From NCBI RefSeq assembly GCF_009914755.1, contig NC_060925.1: DNA of 64,000 nt, one strand, 5' to 3'. The number at the start of each line of letters is the position of its first letter. The first letter of the stretch is position 1. The position numbers were made by a program, and so were the translations under genes. The notes under the pieces are model-generated. The model had not been told where the DNA came from, did no database searches, and was given only the letters and a program-made list of their open reading frames with translations. Positions 1-11,099 of the stretch are shown here, in pieces. Source of the stretch: the human T2T-CHM13v2.0 reference genome, Homo sapiens.

Positions 1-147
1 GCCTTTTCACATAAATTCAAAACAAGTTGGACAGTGACTACATAAAGCTTGCTGGGATTTTGGTAGGAATTACATTAAACCTATATATCAGTTTGGGTAG
101 AATTGACATATTCACTACATTGAGGCTTCCAAAGCATGAACAGAGTA
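1..147 (-). mobile_element. Old L1 (L1M) ORF2 fragment; continues at 2003
   Basis: Antisense L1 ORF2-like text (ttgctgggattttggtaggaattacattaaacctata...catgaacagagTA) resumes colinearly at 2003 (TAtgtcttccattcattt). Confidence 0.8.
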
Positions 148-785
<638 letters not shown>

Positions 786-799
786 AGGGGGAATATGTG

Positions 800-1120
800 T
801 CATCTTTGGTGAAGTATCTGCTTAAGTTATTTGCTCATTTTTAATTGGGTTGATTCCTTATTATTGGATTTTGAGAGTTTGTTATGTAATCTGGATTTAA
901 AGTTCTCTGTTTTGTATGAAATTTAAAAATATTTACCCCTAGACTGTGGCTTGTCTTTTTATTCCCTTGACGGTGATCTAGCAGCGCGAAAGTTTTTAAT
1001 TTTAATCAAATCCCATTTTACTTTATGGGTCATGTTTCTGCTGCCATTTCTAACTTTTTGTCCAATCTCAGATTATGCAGAATTTCTGTTAGGTTTTGTT
1101 CTAAGCATTGTATAGTTTTG
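800..1120 (-). mobile_element. Old L1 fragment (ORF2 3' region)
   Basis: gtgaagtatctgcttaagttatttgctcatttttaattggg...tgtggcttgtcttttt is typical antisense L1M sequence. Confidence 0.65.
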
Positions 1121-1469
1121 TGAAGAGTGTATTGACTTTGGATGAGCAAATAAAATGAGTTACTTGATAATACAGTTCCTTCTTGGTGGTGTAGTTTGCC
1201 CTACTGATATTGGAGAGTTATAGGAGCCTTATGGACAGGACTGCATACCTGTGAATGTCTCTTGCATCACATACAGGCAGAAGCACAGCCTGTTATCCAC
1301 CATTTAAAATAGTCTGATAATCAAGTTTTTTTAATGTGTGTTAGATTCATTTGGTAACACCACCTGATCTGATTTAATATGAGACTACTTGTAGTTTTTA
1401 TTTATCCCTCTTAATGTGACCACCACACATGCTATAGAAATTTTCATGTGTTGAATTAGGGGTCCTACT

Positions 1470-1592
1470 CCAGTCCCTGATCAGAGTATTCCAAAATATT
1501 CAGTGTATAGACTGTATTACATATCTACCCTCTAAAAAAATTTTGAATTCTGAAACACATTTGCTTACAAGAGTTTCAGATAGAGGACTGTG
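1470..1592. mobile_element. MER96-like hAT fragment
   Basis: ttttgaattctgaaacacatttgcttacaagagtttcagatagaggactgtg resembles a MER96 terminus. Confidence 0.55.
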
Positions 1593-1931
1593 CATCAGAA
1601 ACTTAAATGGTTCTTGTGATATGATAGTTCTCATCGTCACTACAGGGAACCTCTTCTTCAGGCGTCCCCTAATCCTGGTCAGAAGTTCTCACTAATTTGA
1701 TTGAGGATGGAAAGAGGGGTCACTACATTTACTGCATCATTCAACCCAAATTATGATGTTTCTCTTATGTCTAAGGAGATTGCTTGATATCTTTTTCCAT
1801 TCTTCTTTCTTGTCATAAAAATACTGACCAGTCAGCCCTTAAATATCAGGGAAGGCCTCAGCGTTCATATTATGGTTTGTGTGCCGGTACATGTGTGAGT
1901 TAGAAGCAGGATGGGAGATCTGGATTAGGCA

Positions 1932-2002
1932 TGACTATCTGTAGTATCAAGCATCTACTGGGGGTCTTGGAATGTCTCCCTTGTGAATAAGGGGGACTTC
2001 TG
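1932..2002. mobile_element. Second MER44/Tigger7 right end with intact TIR followed by TA
   Basis: actatctgtagtatcaagcatctactgggggtcttggaatgtctcccttgtgaataagggggacttctg|TA is complementary to the left TIR at 148. Confidence 0.8.
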
Positions 2003-2730
2003 TATGTCTTCCATTCATTTAGCTCTTTAATTTCTTTCATTGGCTCTTTGTAATTTTTAGCATATAGATCTTATACTTTTTTATGTTTATACCTAAGCAA
2101 CTCCATTTTCTTTGGGGCAGTTGTAAGAGGTATTATTTTAAATTTTGGTTTCTGCATGGTCATTGTTAGTTTATAGAAATGTAATTGATTTTTACAGGTT
2201 GATCTTTTATCCAAGGACCTTGCTGAACTCACTTACTAGTTCTAGAAGTTCTTTTTTTGTACATTCCTGGAGACTTTCTACATAAACAATGGTAACATCT
2301 GCTAATAGAGACTTTCATTTCTTCATTTCCTATTTGTATACTTTTAATTTCTTCTTTGAGTTTTATTGCAGTATCTATAGTTCCCAGTATTATGATGAAT
2401 AAAAGCAGCGAGAGTAGACATCCTTGCCTTGTTCCCTATTTTAGGGGAAATACATTCAGTCTTTCACCATTAAGTATGATGTTAGCTCTAAGATTTTTAC
2501 AAATGCTATCAAATTAAACAAATTTTCCTTTATTCCTAAGTAGTTTTTTTTTATCGTGAATGAGTATTGGATTTTGTCAAATGCCTTTCCTCTGTCAATT
2601 GATATGATTATTTGACTTTTCTTCCTTAGCCTATTGATATGGTGGATTATTTTGTTTGATATTTGAATATTAAATTAGACTGGCATATCTGGAATCAATC
2701 CTACTTGGTCATAGTGTGTGGATTTTTAAG
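2003..2730 (-). mobile_element. Old L1 (L1M) ORF2 fragment
   Basis: Antisense L1 RT region (gagagtagacatccttgccttgttcc, attcagtctttcaccattaagtatgatgttagct). Confidence 0.85.
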
Positions 2731-2734
2731 TATC

Positions 2735-3340
2735 TCTACTGAGATATAATTTCATGACATAAGATTTAAAATGTAAAATGTATAATACGATGGTTTTTAG
2801 TATGTTCACAGAATTGTCCAACAGTCACCATAATCTAAGTTTCAAACATTTTCGTCATCCCCCAAAGAAACCCTGTAGACATGAGGAGTCACTCCCTGGT
2901 ATAGGTGGCATGTTTGTATCCCCTCCAAATTCATAGATATTTAATCCCTAGTGCCACAGTATAAGGAGATGGGGCCTTTAGGAGGTAATTAGATCATGAG
3001 GTCTCCACCCTCATGGATGAGATTAATGCCCTGATGAAAGGACTGGAGGGGACTAGCTAGGCCCTTTTTACCCTTTAACCTTCTATTATGTGAGGACACA
3101 GCATTTGTCCCCTTTGGAGGCTGCAGGAAGAAAGTGCTATTTTGAAAGCGAGAGAGCAGCCCTCACCAGACATCAAATCTGCTGGTACCTTGATCTTGGA
3201 TGTCTCAGCCTCCAGAACTGTGAGAAACAAGTTTATATTATTTATAAATTACCTACTCTAGGGTATTTTGTTATAGCAGCATTAATGGACTAAGACAATC
3301 CCCACTCTCTACCAGTCCCCAGTTTAGGCACCACTAATCT
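2735..3340 (-). mobile_element. L1MB/MC-type 3' end fragment, split by MSTD
   Basis: gagatataatt...aacattttcgtcatcccccaaagaaaccctg...ggcaccactaatcta. Confidence 0.7.
2897..3297 (+). mobile_element. MSTD-like MaLR solo LTR
   Basis: TG...CA termini; ends ttgttatagcagcattaatggactaagaca; 5-bp TSD CTCCC/ATCCC. Confidence 0.9.
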
Positions 3341-3589
3341 AGTGCTAAGTAAAAGCAGCCAGTTTTGAAAGACCACATATTTATCCCATGTGCTCTCTGC
3401 CTCCTTAGAATATGGGAATACTTGCCTGTAAGTTTTCCTGGGCTCTGACTTCCCTCTCTTTGGTTGACGTTACATCTTTTTTGGAAATTTGGGGATGGTT
3501 GTTCCATTTGTGCTGACAATGGCTTTTAGCCTGTGTGAGAGTTTTCTCCATTCATTAGGAGTTTTCCTATTGGTTAGTATTATTTTTAT

Positions 3590-5200
3590 AAGTATGGAAT
3601 TTTAAAATTCTAAACCTCATAATGATTATTTCCCTCCTGAGGCTTCACCTGACTGTGTGTTCAAAAGTTATGAGCCCTCCATTTGTATTTATCTAAAGCA
3701 GTGGGCCTTCTGTACAAAAGATTCTTTAGAGTTACAACAGCCAAATTGATTCCTTTGATATATCAACACTAGGTTTTCTCCTAACTAAATTTGCAGATCA
3801 TAATTCTAAAACAAAACAACCAGATTAGGGTGCATATTTTAATTGGCGTTTTTAGGTATCCAAACACATTCAGGGCTCTAAAATTGCCTTTCTTCAAAAC
3901 ACAGCCTCTAAACTCACAAAGGCTAATAAAAAATTGGAAGAGAAAAAAAAGCCCTCCAGGCTGAGATTTTTTCCCCTGATTTTTTTTTTTTTTTTTTTTT
4001 TTTTATGAGACAGGGTCTTTAGCATGCATGCTGGAGTGCAGTGGTGTGATCACAGCTCACTGCAGCCTTACCTCCTAGCTCAAGAGATCCTCCCACCTCA
4101 GCCTCCCCCCAAGTAGCTGGAACTACAGGTGTGTGCCTGGCTAATTTTTAAATTTTTTGTAGAGATGAGGTCTCACTATGTTGCCTAGGCTGCTCTCCAA
4201 CTCTTGGGCTCAAGTGATCCCCTCACCTCAGCCCTCCAAAGTATTGAGATTACAGTTGTGGGCCAGTATGTCCGACCATCTTCCCCTGACTCTTTTTCCC
4301 TGATTCCTTCTCCTCCCCAGTCTCTATATCCTATAATTGCTAAACTTCCGTTCTACTCTTCAGCCTCCAAAGCTTCCTTTAATTCCCCTGTTTCTGCTAA
4401 ACCTGTTCAAATTCACCCATTCAAGTTCTGTCCAAATAATTAGGGTACATTCTTACACACTTCCTATACACCCTGGACAAAAGCCAAGCTTAGGGCTATA
4501 GCTATAAAGTTCCTCAAGGTTACTAAGGATTCTCACAGACTTGCTTTCAAATTTTCACCTAAAATTATAAACCTGGTTTCTCTAACTTTTAACAATTAAC
4601 ACCTATGCTTACTGATGAAGATCGGGCACAATATTGGATGGCAAAAGCAGGCTGAAACAACCCTAGAATGAACCTCCAATGGAATATGCCTTTTGATTGG
4701 GAGGAACCCCAAGAAAGAGCTAGTGCTTTATACTGAGCCATTCCTTCAACATTCCCTAAACCAGTAGACTGGGGATTCAAGCCTGTACCTAAAAGGAAGG
4801 TGAGATAGTACATGATTATTACAATAAACTTAAATCATTTCCAAGTAAATTTTGTACTACCATTAGATGCTGAATCTATCAAAATCACTTTCAATTCTGT
4901 TTCTACATGGCTTAGATGAAAATTTTGCAATTCTAGTTAAACTGGGTCAACTTAATTAGGAAATAATGTCTACCTCCAATTCAGTTAACCTGGCCAGCTA
5001 ATCAGCCTGAACAATTTTGAAGACAATAAAGCAAGGGCAAAGAAAATAATGACATTACAGCATCAACAACTTTCTACCTATTATAATAAAATGTGCCAGT
5101 TTACTGCCATATAACCAAATCTTCAAAGAATCTGATACTACTACAAAAAACCTAGACATTGGGAAAAAGTTATATACAATTAAAACATGCTAAATGACCT
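3590..5200 (+). pseudogene. Degenerate ERV gag (contains an AluJ insertion)
   Basis: YTPWTKAKLRAIAIKFLKVTKDSHR and IPSTFPKPVDW capsid-like motifs; many stops and frameshifts. Confidence 0.7.
3980..4277 (-). mobile_element. AluJ inserted in ERV gag
   Basis: J-type diagnostics (gtgtgatcacagctcactgcagcct, gagatgaggtctcactatgttg); TSD approximately TTCCCCTGA on both sides. Confidence 0.9.
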
Positions 5201-7592
5201 CTTAATAAACTGTCCTCTTTATTTCTTATGGACCGAAGGTGCACCAAGGAAACACAGGGGATCTTTCTCATCTTGCTTCTTAATCATTTGGGTGAAACTC
5301 CCCTAATGATTGGAAAGCAGGGTCTCACTGTGCTTGTCAAAACTGGAGGAACCTATTCTGTGCTTTGCCCCACCGGCCTCAAGCTGCCCCTTCCTTGGAG
5401 TAGTGAAAAAATGAAGATGGTGGAAATTTCTAGTACACTTTTAACCATTAACAAATTTTTACTTCTGCTTTTTAAATTAGGTCTTCTCTGGGATAGTCAT
5501 TCTTTTTTTATTAGTTTTGTCAGCCCTACTTCACTCACTTGGAAAGGACTTCTCAGAAAAATGTCATGCTGCCTTTCTTTTTCCCAAATGGGGGAGATAG
5601 TTCTTAAAATTAACTCAACCCCTGCTTTGACAAACAACAGTGAGAATTCTTCAATACCTTTGCCCATTTTCGCTTTTAACTTAAACAACAAAAATGCTGA
5701 GAGTTCAGTTCTTTTTAAAAGAGATTCCTGAGGAACTTTGAGCTAAATCTACATCAGACATTGGATGAATTCACTCAACTCCTATGATAAAAATTTAAAT
5801 TGACTAAAACAAGCTGCTTTCTAATATCACACAATATTCCCTAAACCCTGTAGTTCTTATAGGAATTAAACAAATTATAAAATAATATAAAGCAAAGAAT
5901 CTTATAGTGCCTTGCAGTAGCCATTGTAATAAGTCTAACCTTTCTGTAAAAAAACCTCATTGGAAAAGGATGGGGATTTATACAAGATCTAAGAGCCATT
6001 AACATTGTCATTATTTGACACTTTGTCATTCCAAATCCTCATACCCTCTTCCTGACTTCCATCCTGCAGAGAGTAAATTTTTAACAGGGATAGATCTTTG
6101 TACTGATTTATTAAGCATTCTCGTGACTCTTGAGAGTCAATTCTTATTTACCTTCATGTGGGAAAGACAACAACAATACACCTGCACAGGAATGCTTTAA
6201 GGGTATACTGAAAACCCCTCTTACTTTTCACAGATACTGAAGGCAGATTTAACAGACATGTCTTTCCTCCAAGGATCGACTCTATTGCAGTATGTTGATG
6301 ACCTCCTTCTTTGTTCCTCTTCTAAAAATCTTGTGAGCTTGAAGTGTTCACCTCCTTAAACTTCTAGCAGAAAAAAAGCCACAAATTTTCCAGAGCCAAG
6401 CTCCAATTTACCCAGGCCCATGTCAAATATTTAGGACACAGTATCAAACCAAGAACTTTTCTTGGAACCATACATACTTAAAGGCATTTTAAACTTTCTT
6501 CAACCTCCTACGAAGAGACAATTATGAGGGTTTGGGGGCCTGGCAGAGTACTGTCAAAACTGAATACCTAATTTTCTTTTGATAGCTCAACCCTAGTATG
6601 TCCTTTTGGAATTTAATAAACCAGATCCCCTGGACTGAAGACAGAATGTCCATATAGCCTTCTATCAATTAAACAAATATCTTCCAGGTACCCTTGCCTT
6701 ATGGCACCCCAATTATCAACTCCCCTTCATCCTTTTTGTATATGAAAGAGAAGTAAATGTGTTGGGGGTCTTTACCCAAAAACATGGAGATTGACACAGA
6801 CATTTTGGCTATTATAGCCAGCAATTAGATTCAGTAGCTAAGGGACTCCTTCCCTGCATGAGAGCTATATCAGCCACTGTGGCTTTAACTAAATCTACAG
6901 AAGACATAGTCATGTACTGTCTTCTCTCTATCTATATTCCTCATGTTGCAGAAGCTTTACTCAACTATCGTCACACTCAACATTTTTTTCTGTAAGCAGA
7001 GTCACTTATGAAATCTTGCTGTTGACTTCTCTTATTATTTTGCCCACTGCAATAATCTTAATCCAGCAACTATCCTTCCTCTACTTGATGATGAGTCACC
7101 TCATGACTATCTAAATCTAACTTATCAGTTACCAAAACCTACAGATGATTTACAGGAAATCCCTATAACAGATGCAGAAGTTTCATTATTTACTAATGGA
7201 TCATGTATGACAGAAAATATCATGCTGAGTATGCTATTGCCACCGTTTTGGAAGTAGTTGAAGCAGCTCCACTACCAAAGACTACTTTGGTTCAACAGCA
7301 GAATTTTATGACTTAACCAGGTCTTGTATTCTGGTGAAAGGTAAAATTGCAGATATTTACACCAATAGCTTTTATGCCTTTAGGTTGTTGATGATTTTAG
7401 TATGCTTTGGAAATAAATAGGATTTTAACCTCCAGGGAAAATCAAATTGAAAAAGAAACTTTTGTCAATAATTTATTCAATTCAATTTAACTTCTCTCTG
7501 CCTTTACCATAATCAAAATTTCTGGGCACTCAAAATTGGAATCTGATAAGGCTAAGAAAACAACTTGACTGATCACACAGCAGAAGTAGCTG

Positions 7593-9580
7593 TCTTGAAC
7601 TTTTTCTCATGTACTTATTGTCCACATGTATGTCTTCTTTTGAAAAATGTTTATATTCTTTGCCCACTTTTTAATGGGGTTGTTTGTTTGTTTCTTATAT
7701 ATTTGTTGAAGTTCCAAATAGGAAGAGAGGAAGTCAAACTATCCCTATTTGCAGATGATACAATTCTATATTTAGAAAACCTCATAGTCTTGGCCCCAAA
7801 GCTCCTTAAGCTGATAAACAACTTCTGCAAAGTTTCAGGATATAAAACTGGTGTACAAACATTACTAGCTTTCCTGTAAACTAATAGCAGCAAAACCAAG
7901 AGCCAAACTGAGAACACAATTCCATTAACAATTGCCACAAAAAGAAGAAAATACCTAGGGATGCAGCTAACCAGGGAGGTGAAATATCTCTACAAAGAGG
8001 ATTACAAAGCACTGCTCAAGGAAATCAGAGATGACACAAACAAATGGAAAAACATTTCATGCTCATGTATAGGAAGACTCAATATCATCAAAACAGCAAC
8101 ACTGCCCAAAGCAATTTACAGATTCAATGCTATTCTTATCAAACTAACAATGACATTCTTCACAGAACTAAAAAAAAAAAAAAAAACTATTTTAAAATTC
8201 ATATTATGAAACCCAAAAAGAACCCGAATAGCCAAGGCAATCCTAAGCAAAAAGAATGAAGCTGGAGGCATCATGCTACCCAACTGCAAACTATACTACA
8301 GGGCTACAATAACTAAAATGACATGGTACTAGTACAAAAACAGACACATAGACCAATCTGATCTTCAACCTTCTGATCTACAACCATCTGATCTTCGAAA
8401 AAGTTGACAAAAACAAGCAATGTGGAAAGGACTTTCTATTTAATAAATGATGCTGGGATAACTGGTTAGCCATATGCAAAAGATTGAAACTGGATTCCTT
8501 CCTTACACCATATACAAAAATAAACTTAAGATGAATTTAAGAATTAAATGTAAAACCTGAAATCACAAATCCCTGGAAGACAACCTAAGACATACCATTC
8601 TGAACATAGAAACTGGCAAAGATTTTATGATGAGTGTCAACGAAGAGAGTCAAACTCTGTAAAATATTCGAAGGAATTTATTCTGAGCCAAATATAAGTG
8701 ACCATGGCCTGTGACACAGCCCTCACTCAGGAGGTCCTGAGAATGTGTGCCCAAGGGTGATCAGGGTACAGCTTGGTTTTATATATTTTAGGAAAGCATG
8801 AGACATCAAATATATTTAAGATATACATTGGTTTGGCTCAGAAAGGCAGGACAACTCAAAGTAGGGGGTGAAGGGGAGTGGGGTGGGGGGCTTCCAGGCT
8901 AAAGGTAAATTTAAACATTTTCTGGTTGACGGCTGAGTTTGTCTAAAGATCTGTGATTGATAGAAAGGAAGTGTTCAGGTTAAGATAAAAATTGTGGAGA
9001 CCAAGGTTCTTTTGAAGTCTTAAAGTGGCTGCTCTTAGAGACAACAGATGACAAATGTTTCCTATTCAGATCTTTAAAAGGTGCCAGACTTTTAATTAAT
9101 CTCTTCAGGATTGGGAGGGCCTGGAAGAAAAAGATCTAGCTATGTTAATAGAGATTCTTTACAGATGGAGATTTTCCCCCACAAAGGATGGCTTTGCAGG
9201 GCCATTTCAAGATATGGCAGAGAAACATGTTTCAGGGTAAAATATTTTTATTTTCTTTCTTGTCACGTAATGCTATGCCAGAGTCAGATTGGAAAGTAAG
9301 TAACGATATGTAGAGTTAAATAAAACCCATCTGATGAGAATTTATGTTTTGTAGGGCATGACTCCCCAGACCCCTTAGATAGGAATTTGGGCAAGATAAA
9401 AAAATCAGAGCTTAGTCCTCATGAAGATGCCAAAAACAATTGCAACAGAAGCAAAAATTGACAAATGGGATCTAATCAAACTTAGCAAATAACAATCAAC
9501 AGAGTAAACAGACAACCTACAGAGTGGGAGAAAATATTTGTAAACTATGCATCTGACAAAGGTCTAGTATCTAGCATTTA
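7593..9580 (-). mobile_element. L1PB/old-L1PA insertion with 5' inversion (minus segment 7593-7716, plus segment 7717-9580)
   Basis: ORF2 peptides ([24 protein letters not shown]) read on the plus strand; the left segment is antisense ORF2 that begins where the plus segment ends. Confidence 0.85.
8635..9421 (-). mobile_element. MER4E-like ERV1 solo LTR inserted in the L1
   Basis: TGTCAAC...GTCCTCA termini, ~790 bp; reverse complement starts TGAGGACTAAGCTCTGATTTT; 4-bp TSD TGAG/TGAA; the L1 is colinear across it. Confidence 0.9.
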
Positions 9581-10069
9581 GCTTTCTCTGCATTTGATAT
9601 TTAATTGATTAAAGGAGACATTCTCCAGTATTGTAAAGGAATAAATTCAGGCTGTAGGCAAAATCATACCTCAGTAGAACAATCTTTCCATACTGCTCTC
9701 CCAGGAGATGAAGACATCATCAAACATCACAGTCTTCAGCCACATGATGTCTATTGAAAGAGGCATTTATAAAAGAATTTCTATCTTGATGAAAAGGCTT
9801 ATATCACGTATTCTTTATCAACCCCTGTGCTGCCAAACTGAAAGGTGTTGACTCTTCATGTTTCTTATTTAAGGAAAGCTCCTATTCTTTTCTGGAATTT
9901 AGAATCACTCGAAGACTAAAAGCTAAAACTGACCCTGAAGTGAAGCAAATGATAGCCGAAGTTGACTTCTCACACAAGACCTCTGGACTAGGCCAGTATA
10001 CGATTAGGATCCCTGACATACTTGGTCTCTTACATGTTGCTTTTGCTATAGTCTTGTTTTACACCTTCT

Positions 10070-10450
10070 ACTCCCTTGCACAACAGAGTTTTCTTGAATT
10101 ATATCTTAGCTGAGCAAGGAGGTGTTTACATTGTAGTCAATACCTCCTGTTACACTTGGATAAATACTTTTCAAAATTAGAGACCAGGTTGTAAAAATCC
10201 ACACATTTGCTAATTATCTAAATAGAGTGCTTATTGTTAAAATGCTGGCTTTTTTATCTCTTCAGCTGACCACCCTCTCAAAATGTTGCTAAAATCCAGT
10301 CTTCAACTTTTATTACTCACTATTAGGATTATTATTGCTATTGTAATATTTAAGATATGTCTGTAACTCCTTACCCAAGTTTACTTAGAAATAAAAGTTT
10401 TACCAAAGTTACAGTTGCTTAGAAGCTCAGCATGGTCAGTCAAGCCCATG
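10070..10450 (+). pseudogene. ERV env TM remnant (immunosuppressive domain and membrane anchor)
   Basis: 10082-10168 translates to NRVFLNYILAEQGGVYIVVNTSCYTWINT (ISD, with CX6CC degraded to YX6CY); hydrophobic LLLLTIRIIIAIVIF at ~10307-10350. Confidence 0.85.
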
Positions 10451-10691
10451 ATTTAGAAAAGACATCCAATCTGACAAACTTTTCAGGACCTAAGCAGGCT
10501 TTAGAAATCCCCTTGCAAAACTTCTGTGTTACCAAATACGGCTCAGTCTAGCCTTACAATCTGTTAGACCTTAAGATCCCGTAGTGAGGGACGTGAATCC
10601 CTGGGACAGATCCATCCCAGTGATGAGGGACAAAATTAGACTTGCTAATTAATCTGCTTTCTGGAGAAAGATCTTTGTCAATAGAGGGAAA

Positions 10692-11099
10692 TGTAAAAGA
10701 AAATGAAATAACTAAGGTCAAGGCTTTCTAAAGTGGAATCAGGAGATTGTGAAAGGATTGCACTCACACCTGCTAAACATCAAACCACAGAATTTCCAAC
10801 AGACTTGGTAAACAGCTGAGGTCAGTATTCCCAGGCCTTCAATATCTCTCAGCTGGAAATATGCTAATTCATTAACCCATCAGAATAGGTTTGTGATTTA
10901 GTATTTCTGACCATCAGATGAACTGCCTCCAAGACCAATTTTTATGTGTGTGGAAATTCTCTATTAAAAAATGCTCCAGTGCTTGCCTATGGGACATTAC
11001 TTAGGGCTGCCCTGATTCAGTGCACCCAGATAGCAGTTCTTTGTTTGCGAAATAAATGCTATTTCTTTTGACCTTTTGTCAATCATTTTTTAGTTAACA
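10692..11099 (+). mobile_element. 3' LTR of the ERV
   Basis: Purine tract AGAGGGAAA immediately before TGTAAAAG; AATAAA at ~11051; ends TTAACA. Confidence 0.8.

Larger units (their letters stand above)
5228..9900 (+). pseudogene. Degenerate ERV pro-pol (protease, RT, RNase H, integrase C-terminus), split by an L1
   Basis: ORF 5228-5731 has a DTG-type site degraded to KTG (~5339); ORF 6015-6200 has an RT motif (GIDLCTDLLSILV...SQFLFTFMWE); YVDD at 6291-6302; NPCAAKLKGVDS integrase tail at ~9820. Confidence 0.85.
3341..11099 (+). mobile_element. Ancient class I (ERV1) provirus, 5'-truncated: gag-pro-pol-env remnants, PPT and 3' LTR
   Basis: Capsid-like YTPWTKAKLRAI (~4466); protease LVKTGGTYSVL; RT GWGFIQDLRAIN and QYVDDLLL; connection/RNaseH LGVFTQKHG...GYYSQQLDSVA; integrase C-terminus; env ISD; PPT and TG...CA LTR, all in order on the plus strand. 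Confidence 0.9.

Noticed and set aside
5228-5731. 167-aa ORF as a functional retroviral protease
   Set aside because: The catalytic Asp is replaced (KTG) and the frame loses similarity downstream.
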